From: Phoronis australis
Taxonomy: Eukaryota > Animalia > Phoronida
Direction of reading: 5' to 3'
Assembly: GCA_002633005.1 (NCBI GenBank)
Contig: NMRA01000226.1
Span: 591,059 to 655,058, forward strand
Length of the DNA: 64,000 nucleotides
The position numbers and the translations under genes were made by a program. Numbering within the stretch: the first letter of the stretch is position 1; every line of letters begins with the position of its first letter. The notes beneath the pieces are model-generated. The model was not told the DNA's origin, searched no databases, and saw nothing but the letters and a program-made list of their open reading frames with translations. Below, piece by piece: positions 39,901 through 50,091 of this stretch.

Positions 39901-42900
39901 AAAAGCAACATAGCAGCTGATCACGTTTCGACTGGATACCAGTGACCTCTAGCACGAGCCAGTAATTCAACTTTTGTTTAAAAGGCATCATTCTAATCAC
40001 ATACGCAAGAAAAAGATTTGATCACAGTTCGCTCTACCACCGGCTGAGAAAAAGTAGTATCTCCCCGTACAGCTAGGTAGCAATCAAAATTCTTCAGTTT
40101 AAACAGTCATTAAACCATTACCTTCCATCAAAAACCAAAATTTGGTTTAGGTCATTAATCATTCAAATAAACTGAGTCCATACTAATATTTGAAATGATA
40201 TCCAGGTTCGAGGCAAACTCGGGTGTGACTTGTCACAGTTAGTTTCAGTCACAAGGGTGGTGTTGTCCTCAGGGCAATTCCAGAACCTTTATCGCAACCG
40301 ATTTCGATTTAAACAAACTATACAAATCAGATGAAGTTGATTTGGAAGAGCGAATATGCTTGCGAAAAATTTTGGTATTTTTAATACCAGAACTTGGTTT
40401 GCCGCAGCTTTAACACATATGCTGGAAAAAGGAATGCAAAGGAAATTATATTCTGTTGTTGCCATGACGCATTTCAACACGTTTAACTGGTTAAAAAGAA
40501 GAAAATCGAAGTAGGTCTTTTACTTTCATAATGTTCCTTGTTGTGATAGGAACCTCCTATTTCTATAACCAACACCATTTTCAAATTCGCAATTTTAGGG
40601 TTGGCAAACCTTAATAAGGTCTGAAGCATTGTTTTGAGTTGCTGAAGCATTCGATTTTCTTGTAACAACAGAAATAGAATCCCATCATCTTTAAGTGTTT
40701 ACATCCTCCTAAATACGCTAAGGTTTAGCACGAAATAAACGACAAATGGCATTTCACCATCATTTACACTATACAAGTGCAGTTGTATTCATGAAGACTT
40801 GTAAATGTGGAAACAAAAGTCCCGTTAAGACATCAACTTTTGGCCTGGCGATACTGACACGGAGAAAATTGATCAGTGTCAAGCGGCCGTTAACACACAC
40901 ATTTCACCAACTGTGTTAAGACAGAAGTTGTAGGCTGGAGAGTGGAACGCTCATGCGCAGGTTTACAAATGGCGGGAGTTGCAGAAACAGCGAACCAGTA
41001 TATTGGTAATTGCACAAGCACAGTAGAGATGATCCTCTCCGCCTTGCCCGTTTCGTGTTTAGACAGATCATTGACACGGGGCAAGATGATCAAGAGCAAA
41101 TTGCTCTACCTCACAAATGGGTGGCAAAAGTTGACACCGCGGTGTCAATTTGCTCCTTGTCAGTCCCATTTACACACATACTTGTGATGGAACATCTCGT
41201 TCCGTGTCAGCTGATCCCTGTCAACTTTTATAGTCTAAACGGCACTAAAAAACTGCAAATACAGAGGTGACCTCTGCACTAATGACGTACAATGCAGGAT
41301 CACATAGCCCACATCATGCAGTGTTATTCCACAAATCCACGTCACGATACTAACTGGATACGGTTGAATAATTTATAGCGGTCCGACACAAAACTCGTTC
41401 TTAAAGACACTTGGCAATTTTCAACCTACTTCATATTCACATCATCACTTTATGTTGTGTTTCTAACTAATTTGATGAACCGATCACAGAGATACGGAAT
41501 TAGCATGCAAATTTCACTTTAAGGAATATTACCAGATCAATTTAGGAGAGCAAAAGGCCCAGTTAGACTTTCCTTAATTTTTAGCTAAACTGGGTCAAAT
41601 TCAGCTTTAACAGCTCAGTCAGTCAACAAATTTGAGCACCTGCTACAGTGTAGTGAACTTCTAAAAAATTGCAGAAAATTGGCAATTTTAGCATTATTTT
41701 ACTCCAAATTAAAGCGTAATTACTATTGTAAAACCGCTTCAATTTAGGACACAATAAGGTAGAAAAGTGCAATTTCATTTTCTCATTGATTAATACTGTT
41801 GCACCAAATAACTGATTTATAATTTCAAACACCGACAATATTTTGAAATGTGAGGATTCACAAGAACGATAGAAGACCTTGAAAAATGAAAGAAGGGCAA
41901 TATTCAAAATAATTTATCTCCCAAATTGGTGAGAATTTACCATAACATAAACAATACATCATGGAGTAAAACTACATGTCTTAATCGGATTCACTTCATG
42001 AAAAACAAATATTTGAGCTTAATAACGTTAAGGATGTAGACCTCGATTCATGTTCACCAAATAAAAGGAAGTACAAAATGTACCTCCCTAAAACAACATT
42101 GTAGATGGATAAAAAACCAGTGACTAGAACCGTCAATACACTGTTTTAGTCCAGTTTAGCCAGTCAACTGCAATCACCTCATGAGATTAGACCACTCGTA
42201 ATCCATGAAGTGCTCATTGGTAATTTTATTTCTGTGATTTTCATTTTTTGGGAAAATTATTTTTTAAAATGTTTACCAACAACTAATTCTAAGGCTACAA
42301 TGTACATAAGGAAAGTTTGAAAAGTGGTTATTTCAAGGCGCAGACTGCAGAAGAAGAGGCCCATCTTCAGCTCAGAGGTGGCTACAGAGGTTACTTGGGG
42401 AATTGGGAAATGTTTAAAATCCGGTCTGACAATGCGGCTGACCTTTTTACTTAAACTGCTCTAACATGGCATCAGCATTAACAAAACCATATTTAATTTT
42501 TTCCAAAAGTCTAACAAGCCTTCCAACCTGTGGTACACTCCAAACTAGTTGGTCGTGTAGCTAGGCCATGAAATAAAATGTATTACTCACTGCGTAAACT
42601 GCGTCCAGCCTCATCAGGTGTAGACCGTTCATCTCCTGCCTCCGACAGTGCATCAGAGTGGTGGTCTGACATTGATGATCCTGGGCTTGAGATCCGTTCT
42701 TCTTTAATGTGAAATGTGTCACTTTTAGCTACGGGTGCACCATCGTCCGTTTTCGCTCGTTTAGCAGGCGTAAATGCCGAGTGATAACCAGTGTTCTCTT
42801 CATGTGGCAATGGTCTGAAGGCTCCTGCCCCAGCATTGAGAAGTGCCAACGAAGGGTGTAGGAAGGGTGAGTGCACCTGCAGAGAAGGGGGGAAGGGGTC

Positions 42901-43155
42901 CCCTTGTCTGAACATGAACGAACTGCTAGTGAAAGGTACGTGAGGTCCATCCTTGTCCGGAGGGTAGCAGCCTGGTGAATGTAGGTGGGACCCCTCTCTG
43001 GCCCCTTCAGCTGTGGATGCCAGCACCATCAGAGCAGGCGATGTGAGAGGGTTCTGTAGGAATGAGTTGTCCATGATGGGGAATCTTGTGAATGGATGAC
43101 CAGGAGCCGGCTGTCCGACAAATGGCCTCGGAGGCCAAAGGTTTAATCTAAACAT
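12906..43155 (-). CDS. RNF220: E3 ubiquitin-protein ligase RNF220; complement(join(12906..12977,13629..13703,[gap],13893..14045,15103..15217,16597..16715,26900..26942,29557..29637,30142..30193,32097..32217,42591..43155))
   Basis: Spliced exons give RNF220 hallmarks: MDNSFLQNPLTSPALMVLASTAE, CPVC..ELTSHLAQEL, YLRVRSNRTSRL, FEEYTWAGQTRIRASTMLEGG, DLNVDGD...YSEADVIPC and the RING end SIQCWHVHCEECWLRTLGAKKLCPQC..ITSPGDLRKIYL*. All visible intron phases are consistent. The conserved start may be the ATG at 43074. Confidence 0.96.
13629..13703 (-). CDS. RNF220: RNF220 RING exon ETYSTPLVSIQCWHVHCEECWLRTL
   Basis: Acceptor gttgcag, donor gtatgg, 75 nt. Confidence 0.95.
13893..14045 (-). CDS. RNF220: RNF220 exon GSGFATTSKMEDEDDVDLNVDGD...EEEAKER (3' end cut by the gap at 13892)
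   Basis: Acceptor ggttgtag, phase 1; matches the conserved RNF220 acidic region. Confidence 0.92.
15103..15217 (-). CDS. RNF220: RNF220 exon KGGAVDVED...FEEYTWAGQTRIRASTMLEGGLK
   Basis: Acceptor gttacag, donor gtgaga, 115 nt. Confidence 0.95.
16597..16715 (-). CDS. RNF220: RNF220 exon VRSRARKRR...CPVCNERLFGTADELNSHVEQCLKR (C2HC zinc finger)
   Basis: Acceptor tattgcag, donor gtaaat, 119 nt, phase 1/0. Confidence 0.92.
17820..17920. repeat. Degenerate (ATCTAC)/(ATATAC)n simple repeat
   Basis: Seen directly in the sequence. Confidence 0.7.
18387..18673. mobile_element. MITE family D (GGC(C/A)AAA termini), copy 1
   Basis: Starts TTAA|GGCAAAAAAG and ends TTTTTTGGTC. The block TTTTTTTGAAAAGCTGC.CAAAG..CGTAAAC is shared with 52856-53168. 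Confidence 0.55.
21489..21911. mobile_element. MITE family A, inverted and shortened copy
   Basis: Termini AGTTATGTAG ... CTACATAACC; the interior matches the reverse complement of the other family A copies. Confidence 0.55.
22081..22458. mobile_element. MITE family B, inverted copy
   Basis: AGTGGAACTTGC ... GCATGCAAATACATC is the reverse complement of the 2124-2514 termini. Confidence 0.6.
25111..25628. repeat. Minisatellite, 8 units of 63-68 bp, in an RNF220 intron
   Basis: Units start at 25111, 25179, 25246, 25313, 25377, 25440, 25503 and 25566. Consensus TAGTAATATGCACC(T)CTTCAATAGTGTTA(C/A)GGTCTAAACAGTGAATA(CGGTA)TTCACCACTTAATTCA. Confidence 0.97.
26900..26942 (-). CDS. RNF220: RNF220 exon NYLRVRSNRTSRLA
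   Basis: Acceptor ctttacag, donor gtaagt, 43 nt; matches vertebrate TFLRVRANRQTRLN. Confidence 0.93.
29557..29637 (-). CDS. RNF220: RNF220 exon VPCAPSTSRGSSSSPSQVDTTIQTRYE
   Basis: Acceptor gttctccag, donor gtgagg, 81 nt, phase 0/0. Confidence 0.85.
30142..30193 (-). CDS. RNF220: RNF220 exon GKRCSSRDGAVSAGKGK
   Basis: Acceptor tttttag, donor gtaaaa, 52 nt; bridges phase 2 to 0. Confidence 0.82.
32097..32217 (-). CDS. RNF220: RNF220 exon KRKKSVPEGHLACPVCGLTIRKGELTSHLAQELDKLDKITR
   Basis: Acceptor ttttgttatag, donor gtaagc, 121 nt, phase 1/2. Confidence 0.93.
32600..32660. repeat. (GCAC)n/(CA)n microsatellite
   Basis: Seen directly in the sequence. Confidence 0.95.
32713..33313. mobile_element. 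MITE family A with intact TTAA TSDs; contains a 38-bp-period tandem duplication (32911-32984)
   Basis: TTAA|GGTTATGTA ... TACATGAACC|TTAA. Confidence 0.75.
35626..35894. mobile_element. MITE with ~28-bp TIRs (GTTTCATGAAA core), possibly PIF/Harbinger-like
   Basis: GGCTGTTTCATGAAAAGTGACTTAAGAC versus the reverse complement of GTCTTTAGTCTTTTTTCATGAAACTGGC. A related end is seen near 58189. Confidence 0.55.
38344..38438. repeat. Degenerate ~21-23 bp tandem repeat (CCAAAAATTACCCTC core)
   Basis: About 4.5 imperfect copies seen directly. Confidence 0.7.
41240..41518. mobile_element. MITE family B, 5'-truncated copy
   Basis: Shares AGGTGACC..TAATGACGTAC and GACACAAAACTCGTTCTTAAA with copy 1; ends CACT|TTAA. 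Confidence 0.6.
42591..43155 (-). CDS. RNF220: RNF220 first coding exon (ATG 43155, or conserved ATG 43074)
   Basis: Contains NPLTSPALMVLASTAE and GAFRP; donor A|gtgagt, phase 1. Confidence 0.92.
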
Positions 43156-43315
43156 GATAATGAAGGGATTCACAACGCAGCAGTGCTTTCAAGTGACAGC
43201 CTTCAAAGCTGCCTGACAGTCAAAGTGACAGTGACAGTGCCTGATGCCCTGCTGAACACTCTGGCCAAGGCAATAAATCAGCTAGTACAACGACGAAAGC
43301 TTAGCAGCAATGCGG

Positions 43316-43436
43316 TGATCACTGAACAGCGTTGATAGTTTTTATAGCCGAACCAATGTATTCATATTTAAATTACCGTCAACACTTGGCAAGGGAAATC
43401 TATACGCGCACATGACCTATCGACTTCACCAATCAC
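43316..43436 (-). promoter_or_regulatory. Candidate proximal TATA/CCAAT promoter of RNF220
   Basis: Minus-strand TATAAAAA at 43346-43339, with a CA initiator 30 nt downstream (~43316) and CCAAT boxes near 43353 and 43429. Confidence 0.5.
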
Positions 43437-43652
43437 AAACTATGACTATGTAAACACAACGGGAGTAGTTTGCAGAGAAGGCGGTATATCCCACCGAATT
43501 AATAACTTTATTTCAAAATCAAATGACAAAATAAAACTTGCTCCGGTTTCTATAAACTTTCTATGATCTCTATGCGAAATATTAATATAATGACGTTGAA
43601 GATGGTTGAGATTGTTGACAGATTTCTTCACTAACATCGTTAATTTACTCAC

Positions 43653-43960
43653 CAGTGAATCAGGAGCACGAGCCTCGTTATCGCTTTGGAAAATACCTGC
43701 GATGCATTATGGGATAGATGAGGATTTCCCCTACAGCCGAGCGTGATTTCCGGCGTCAGCCGGCGACGGGTGTCGTTGACCCCGATCCTGCTACTAGACC
43801 GGCTTACGGTTCGCAATGAGCTGCCAGTGAGCAGATGGCGTGACTTCATGAGGACAAATGGTCTTGACGACTCAGGATCAAATCGTTTTCCCTGCATCCA
43901 CGGCAGAGTCTTTCACTGTTTTTCGTGGACTAGCTGATACGTACGGACCTGCATCACTGA
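43653..43960 (-). other. Candidate upstream (5'UTR/uORF) exon of RNF220
   Basis: CpG-rich segment ending in a consensus donor CTG|GTGAGT at 43652, with a TCAGT initiator-like motif at ~43958. The 5' boundary is uncertain. Confidence 0.5.
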
Positions 43961-43969
43961 GTCCGCAGT

Positions 43970-44108
43970 CATGGGCGGCGCAGCACTGAATGAAGTGGGG
44001 GGGGGCTAAAGCCCCCTCAGCCCCCCTGTGGTGCACCGCTTATAGACCATGTGCGGCGTAGCACTGAACAAAATGTGGGGTGCTATAGCTATGGTGCGCC
44101 GCCCAATG
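43970..44108. mobile_element. Two tandem very short hAT-like MITEs (CATGGGCGGCG...CGCCGCCCA(A)TG)
   Basis: Units 43970-44044 and 44048-44108 both begin CATG(G/T)GCGGCG(C/T)AGCACTGAA and end in an inverted-repeat copy. A related start occurs at ~46808. Confidence 0.55.
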
Positions 44109-46098
44109 CCCCAATGCAGTTGCTCTCACCCGTAAACACTCCACCCATTAATTGTACTTACTAGTACGACGGCATTGTTTCTGTACACTAAGGGTTGGGA
44201 TTTATCTAGACTGTAGTATTTACACATGTATCTATCTTTATTATGTTTTGTGAGGCTAGACTCTAGTGGTTATGTCCACTTTGACTTTTCGTTACACTTA
44301 TTAGGGGCCTATAATGTCGTTGTGGTGTTATTCTCCACCTTTAGCTTTTAAGGAACTTAAAAGTTCCATTTCCTTCATGTTCCTGTTAAGTTAATCTCGT
44401 AGAAATCGCCCAACTGGCTAATGTTAATCTGTTCTTCGAACGCCGTTTAATAAAGATTCTTGATTCTTGATTTTTGACAGATTTCCGAGCCTTTAGAAAA
44501 ATCCTAGGCAGGCCTGTTTAGCGCCTAATTCTCATGCTCAGCTGCCGGGTCCCGTTTTGCTGATCGCCGGACCACGCCAATGAATAAAGGGGGGCTCTCA
44601 TTTATTGATTTACAACCCTTCGTACACGAGAACACCATTTGACGATTTACTATCATTAAAATATGTCGTTATTTTTCTGTCTGGTTAATAAAATTTGACA
44701 AACTTTAAAAAATGCTCCGCGGCCGGGGGCGGCCGTCTGTCAGCATTAGAAAAATGCATCTTGGAATCGACTTCAGGATAAGGCTAAGCCTTCTCCAGGC
44801 AGCCGTAGCCAACATTTTCGCCCTTTGGTCGGCTCACAAAATTTTCAAATATCCCTTCAACGCCATCATTTTCATGATTCCGACCCCCGCCGAGTTGCTG
44901 AGAATTTTGCATATCTCTTCCAGTCGCCGTCAGCCATGATGGGCGCATCAGGACTTTGTTGCTTGAGAGAAAAACGATACACCCCGGTTGCTCATTTTCA
45001 TCAAGCGAAGTCACAATTCTTCGCAAGATCAATTTCTTAAAGGATCATCATGACTTCAGATTTGAAAACATCATGCGGTCAGCTAGGGACTTGCTATGAA
45101 CTCCCGAATTTCAATTGCCACTCAAAACTGTACCAATACAAGTAACAACAAAATTCTGGTGAATTGCAATTTTCGGTCGATTTTCATGATCGATACCTAC
45201 ATGAACAGGTAAATAAGAAATCCGCGAACCCACGTTATAAGACGTAACAATGAAACAAAACTAACCTGAAGCCTCTCGTGCGTGATATTCCAATATAAAA
45301 AATAGACACATTGTGAATTTGCAAAAAAATCACCGCCTTTTTTGCGTGTTCAATTTATTATCATAGCTTGAGGCCATATTCCTAAAGTACAGTTTACGGT
45401 AACTTTCACGAGAGAGGACACATGAGACTCAATCACTGAACAGAAACAATATACAGTGTTGTAGTTAATCATATAGGATCAGTTTCCAGCAATCCTTGCC
45501 TCCAAGCTGTAGCGTAGCCAACATATTTGACAACAACAATGGTAGATCACAACAATTCAACATTTTTTTAAATTTTTTTGTTTGCTGGGATAAGACCAAG
45601 CCCAGACAGAAGTATTGTTCTTAATTCGGAATACAAAATTGCAAACGCAGACGATTGTCGGTTGCAGACGCAGACAATTGTCGTCACAGAAGTGACACAG
45701 TCGAAACAGTACATCAAGTATGGCCACAGTTTACGGTAAAGGCACTTTAGTCTTGCCATCGAGCTAATAAAAATACGTGGTAATGGTAGAGACAAATACA
45801 TTTTTATGCAGAAATCAGACCTCATAAAACGATAAACTTTGAGTTGCCCTGTATATTTGTGTGCCACTCTTATAGATCACAAGCAAGTATTGTTTCTTTT
45901 AAGTGAGTAATAAAACTTTCCTCAGAGCCCACATCTTGATGAAGGTGACCGAAGTAGGCCTACGCGTTGTAGTCGATTTTCGTAGATACACGTGCAAATC
46001 AGAATGCAATGAACCCTAACCGGTGACAATAAAGCAACTTTGACATACTGAGCCCTCACGAACATCATAGCCAAATTTAACAAACCACAGCCGTAGGA

Positions 46099-46606
46099 GG
46101 TGATGTAGGGTCCTCGAAATATGGCCAAATTCGGCAAAACTTGGGACATCATATCTCAAGAATGGCTGATGAGATTTATGAGAACTTTTCAGACACCACA
46201 CTTAATGCATTGTTCGCTAAACCGCTATTAAGAATTGTTCTTAAAATTTTCTGCTTTCGCATGAGGAGCTATCAAAAATAGGACTTTTGGGGGAAAAAAG
46301 TTCAAAAGTGGCATGAAACGAAACCGAAATGATAATTTAGAAAACTGTTACAGAGTTTTTGACATTTCATCTCCTACATGAATATCTAACAAAACTCGAT
46401 CATGTTATTGATACCATTATTGGGCTACGGATGTCGTTTTATTTTCTGTTAAATTTTACTATAAAAACATGGTCGCATGATCAAATTAATGGCAGATTGG
46501 TATAAAATCAAAAACCAAACTCAATAGGTTTTTATTGAGTTAAAACAAATAGTATAGTAGAGATTTGGCTAAATACACCCTCAAGCCCATATGGTTCTAC
46601 ATAACC
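46099..46606. mobile_element. MITE family A copy
   Basis: GGTGATGTAG ... CTACATAACC|TGAA, with shared internal blocks. Confidence 0.65.
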
Positions 46607-48982
46607 TGAAGCGCATGCGTGGAACCCTATAGATTGGCATGGGCTTAAGGCCAAGCAATCGAAAACAGAAAGACACAACTATTCCCGTGGATGAGAGAAA
46701 ATTAAAGAAAACATCTGTCAGCTACAAGTGCTGGGTTTATCCTATAGGAACGCTGATTAGGACATTTTATTAGAGAGGTGTAGTCCTTTGCAGCATAGAT
46801 CGTCTACCATGGGCGGCGAACCATAAGGGACCGGGGAGGCCATGGACGCCACTTTTTCATTGCTGTGGTGCCCATGAGTCTAAACGCACTTGAAAACGTG
46901 CTCGCAATCATATGTTCTTCGAAAAAAGTCAGAGAAAACGTGTTACATTATGCACGGATATTCCAGATCAAATCGTTTAATATTTTTAAATTCAATAATA
47001 CATTGCACTTCTCCATGGACCCACCACGAATAATGGAGACATCTGTCGCTCTCTTGAAACTGATCACTTGTTACAAATTGGGGGCGTGGTAATTGTGAGA
47101 CCTTGATGATGGCATCAATTGCGGCTCATTTCCTGTTTTTGAAATTATGTGTCTTTATAATCATTACATATTTTAGGGCGCCAGCCCTCGGAGGCCGGGT
47201 GCCCTTGACAATATCCATGGAGATTGTTTTTCTGGTTTTTATTTAATCCACATTTCTAGAGGAGTCGCTGATGTTTATGTATTTACGAAAATCGTCTGCT
47301 TCGTAGACTAGTCTTAACAACTAGAAAGCTCATCTTTTAAGAAACTGATGATTCTTCAGTGCACTTAGGAACATTTCTATCACCCGATCCCAAACAGCAA
47401 ATGCACGAGTTGATTTTTACCAATCTAAAATAACCCTCTCAGAAATTGGTGTTTCAGCGAATGTTGGCTTAGTTTGTCGAAATTTGATCAGTTCTATCAG
47501 TTCTATATCATTCGTCCCCCGAGGCGAGGGGGGGGGGGGGGGGNGGTGATGCAGCCACCAGAAAGTTGGGCACCCACTCTTCTTTCCACAAAGGACTCTG
47601 AAACAGTGAGATACTGTCACCCCTTTGGCAGGGTACCAAGGACCCTGGAACTTCACCCCTTAAAAAGTGTATCGTTATTTATAAGCATGGCTCTAATAAA
47701 AGTGAATTTTCCCCGAACTGGACACTAATAAAAATCTACTCAGTCCCGAGGATATGCTACTTCTCTCAGTGTTCACCCGGATCTTGCCGGATTTTATTAC
47801 GTTCTTCCCACACCTGAAAGGGGGGAGGGATCGCTATAAATATGTTGGATGTATCATTTGGGAAACGGGAATTAATGGGCGGTAGCTGTTGCTATCATTA
47901 GGGCTCCTATCCATCATGGTAAGGACCATTAATATGACGATACATGGTATAAACGAAAACGAAACAGCAATGTTTCTGATATCCCTTGACAGTTCTGATT
48001 CTTTCTAAAGGTTGTCTTATTGAAGTTGAAATCTGAATATTTTTTTCTGGAATGCTGAAATACCCATGTACATCAAGTTAACACGGGTTAACGAAGTACG
48101 GTAAAGAGTCTGTTTTCAAGTGCGTGCACACGACTCTTGATGCAACTTCTATAACCGGGCGTCCGGCCTAACCAAAGTGACTCGACTTGGGCCCCCATAG
48201 GATAAATACAAAACTGGTATTAGTCGACACGTTTTCTTTTTAATCTTGATCCATCTCAGAGAGTCTCTGAATACATGTTTCACTGCGTCTTCATCCTACG
48301 AGTTGTGCCTGAACCTGGCATCAATTGTCCAACGCCCACTATATAACCTTGTAGTCTATTTTGGTTGCCACTAAGGCCTTGCTTCTGACACGGGGGGGGG
48401 GGGCACTCGTAACGTTATCGAGATTTTAGTCGAGATTTCGCGCCATCCGTACCTAACTTAGCAACACCAAAATGGTTTTAGGCGACTTTTTGTACTCCAG
48501 TACCCGTCCAAACCCACAAAATATGACTTAACAGTACATGTAGGTGTTCCAGTGAAATTTTTATCGAACAACTGTTTTTGTTTTTTCGTCGAAAAATTGC
48601 CTTCAGTTAATCGCTAAGTGACTCCAACCATTTCAGTTTGGAGCTGCGTTGAATGAAAAGAGTACCTCGGAGGCGTTCACGCTCAATCAACCCAACTAGA
48701 AATTAGAGTAAATTTCAAGGCGATAAGAGGCCGAAAGATGGCCAATTAAGGCGTGTTTAACGCTATTGGCCGCGCAAAATATAGCGCATCGTCTTTGACG
48801 GGGATGCCAACACAGGGATGTAAATGATAAAACTTAATTAAAATGATTGATAAACGCAATGTTTACCAACCAGTAGCCATTATAAGCACCGATAACAAGA
48901 GATGCAATTCTTAATAATAACAACAGGTGTAGCGAGTAAAGGTGCAAAAGAGTGACCACTCCATTGTTAAAAGTACTTCGTC

Positions 48983-48991
48983 AAGGTAAGC
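48983..48991 (+). other. Candidate splice donor of a non-coding first exon of the Tctex1-domain gene
   Basis: Consensus AAG|GTAAGC; the matching acceptor tttccag lies 2 nt before the ATG at 51004. Confidence 0.45.
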
Positions 48992-49148
48992 TTTTCAATA
49001 GCTCCACAATCCAGAAGATGCAAGTTATTGTTTACATATGCATAGAACGTTACAAAAATTAAAGGAAGAAGGTAGTCATTGTCGGGGGTTCGGCCAAGAA
49101 ATTTCGCCTGGGTACCCAACAACGTTTCCACTCAAGGTTTCTCACAAA

Positions 49149-50091
49149 GTCTCCCTCCCTACTGCACCGAAATCGTCACCCCGGGACTTGCAGGTCTTCA
49201 ACTATCACCAGCAAATTAACTTTTTTATTTTGAGAACAATTTAAAGTCCTCTACCACATAATACAACTGTTTATTCAACAGACAATTTATTATTGGGTCA
49301 CTCCTAATTAAGTCTGCAGGGAGGTGAAATTACTGAGGGGCACTGAAGCTATCTAAACCGCAATTGTTGAAATTCCAAAGGCATAGCATAATACAGACCA
49401 AAAGGACAGTAAGTTTCTGCGCGCGGCCGAGACGCTCGTTCCTCTGGACACAGTTTTCTAGGCCCTACAACCCCGTGTAAGTTTTACCCTTGCATAATCA
49501 AACACAAAGTGTAGCATCCCAGCGGAAATGGACACGTGATGTCANTTATCTATGTTATGTGCTATCGGCAAATGTGATTGATTCATAAATAAGACCCTCA
49601 CGCTGTGTTTTCTGCGAATCCCATGTATTCTGAACGGGGTTAACTGAGTGATTTTCGCGCATGCGCAATTCACGGTTTCAATATTGCTGGTAATGGTCTC
49701 CCTCCCTACTGCACCGAAATCGTCACCCCGGGACTTGCAGGTCTTCAACTATCACCAGCAAATTAACTTTTTTATTTTGAGAACAATTTAAAGTCCTCTA
49801 CCACATAATACAACTGTTTATTCAACAGACAATTTATTATTGGGTCACTCCTAATTAAGTCTGCAGGGAGGTGAAATTACTGAGGGGCACTGAAGCTATC
49901 TAAACCGCAATTGTTGAAATTCCAAAGGCATAGCATAATACAGACCAAAAGGACAGTAAGTTTCTGCGCGCGGCCGAGACGCTCGTTCCTCTGGACACAG
50001 TTTTCTAGGCCCTACAACCCCGTGTAAGTTTTACCCTTGCATAATCAAACACAAAGTGTAGCATCCCAGCGGAAATGGACACGTGATGTCA
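49149..50091. repeat. Identical 396-bp direct duplication (49149-49544 and 49696-50091) flanking the N at 49545; probable assembly or haplotype artefact
   Basis: The copies appear identical by eye and the first ends exactly at the gap. Confidence 0.9.

Noticed and set aside
43156-43173. ORF-track start of the 196-aa ORF at 43173
   Set aside because: It is a GTG codon; the eukaryotic start is the ATG at 43155 or 43074.
44500-45040. Overlapping short ORFs in a GC-richer block upstream of RNF220
   Set aside because: No homology or splice structure is recognisable. It may be regulatory, but the evidence is insufficient.
47525-47546. Poly-G tract as a G-quadruplex element
   Set aside because: It coincides with an N gap, so its length is unreliable.
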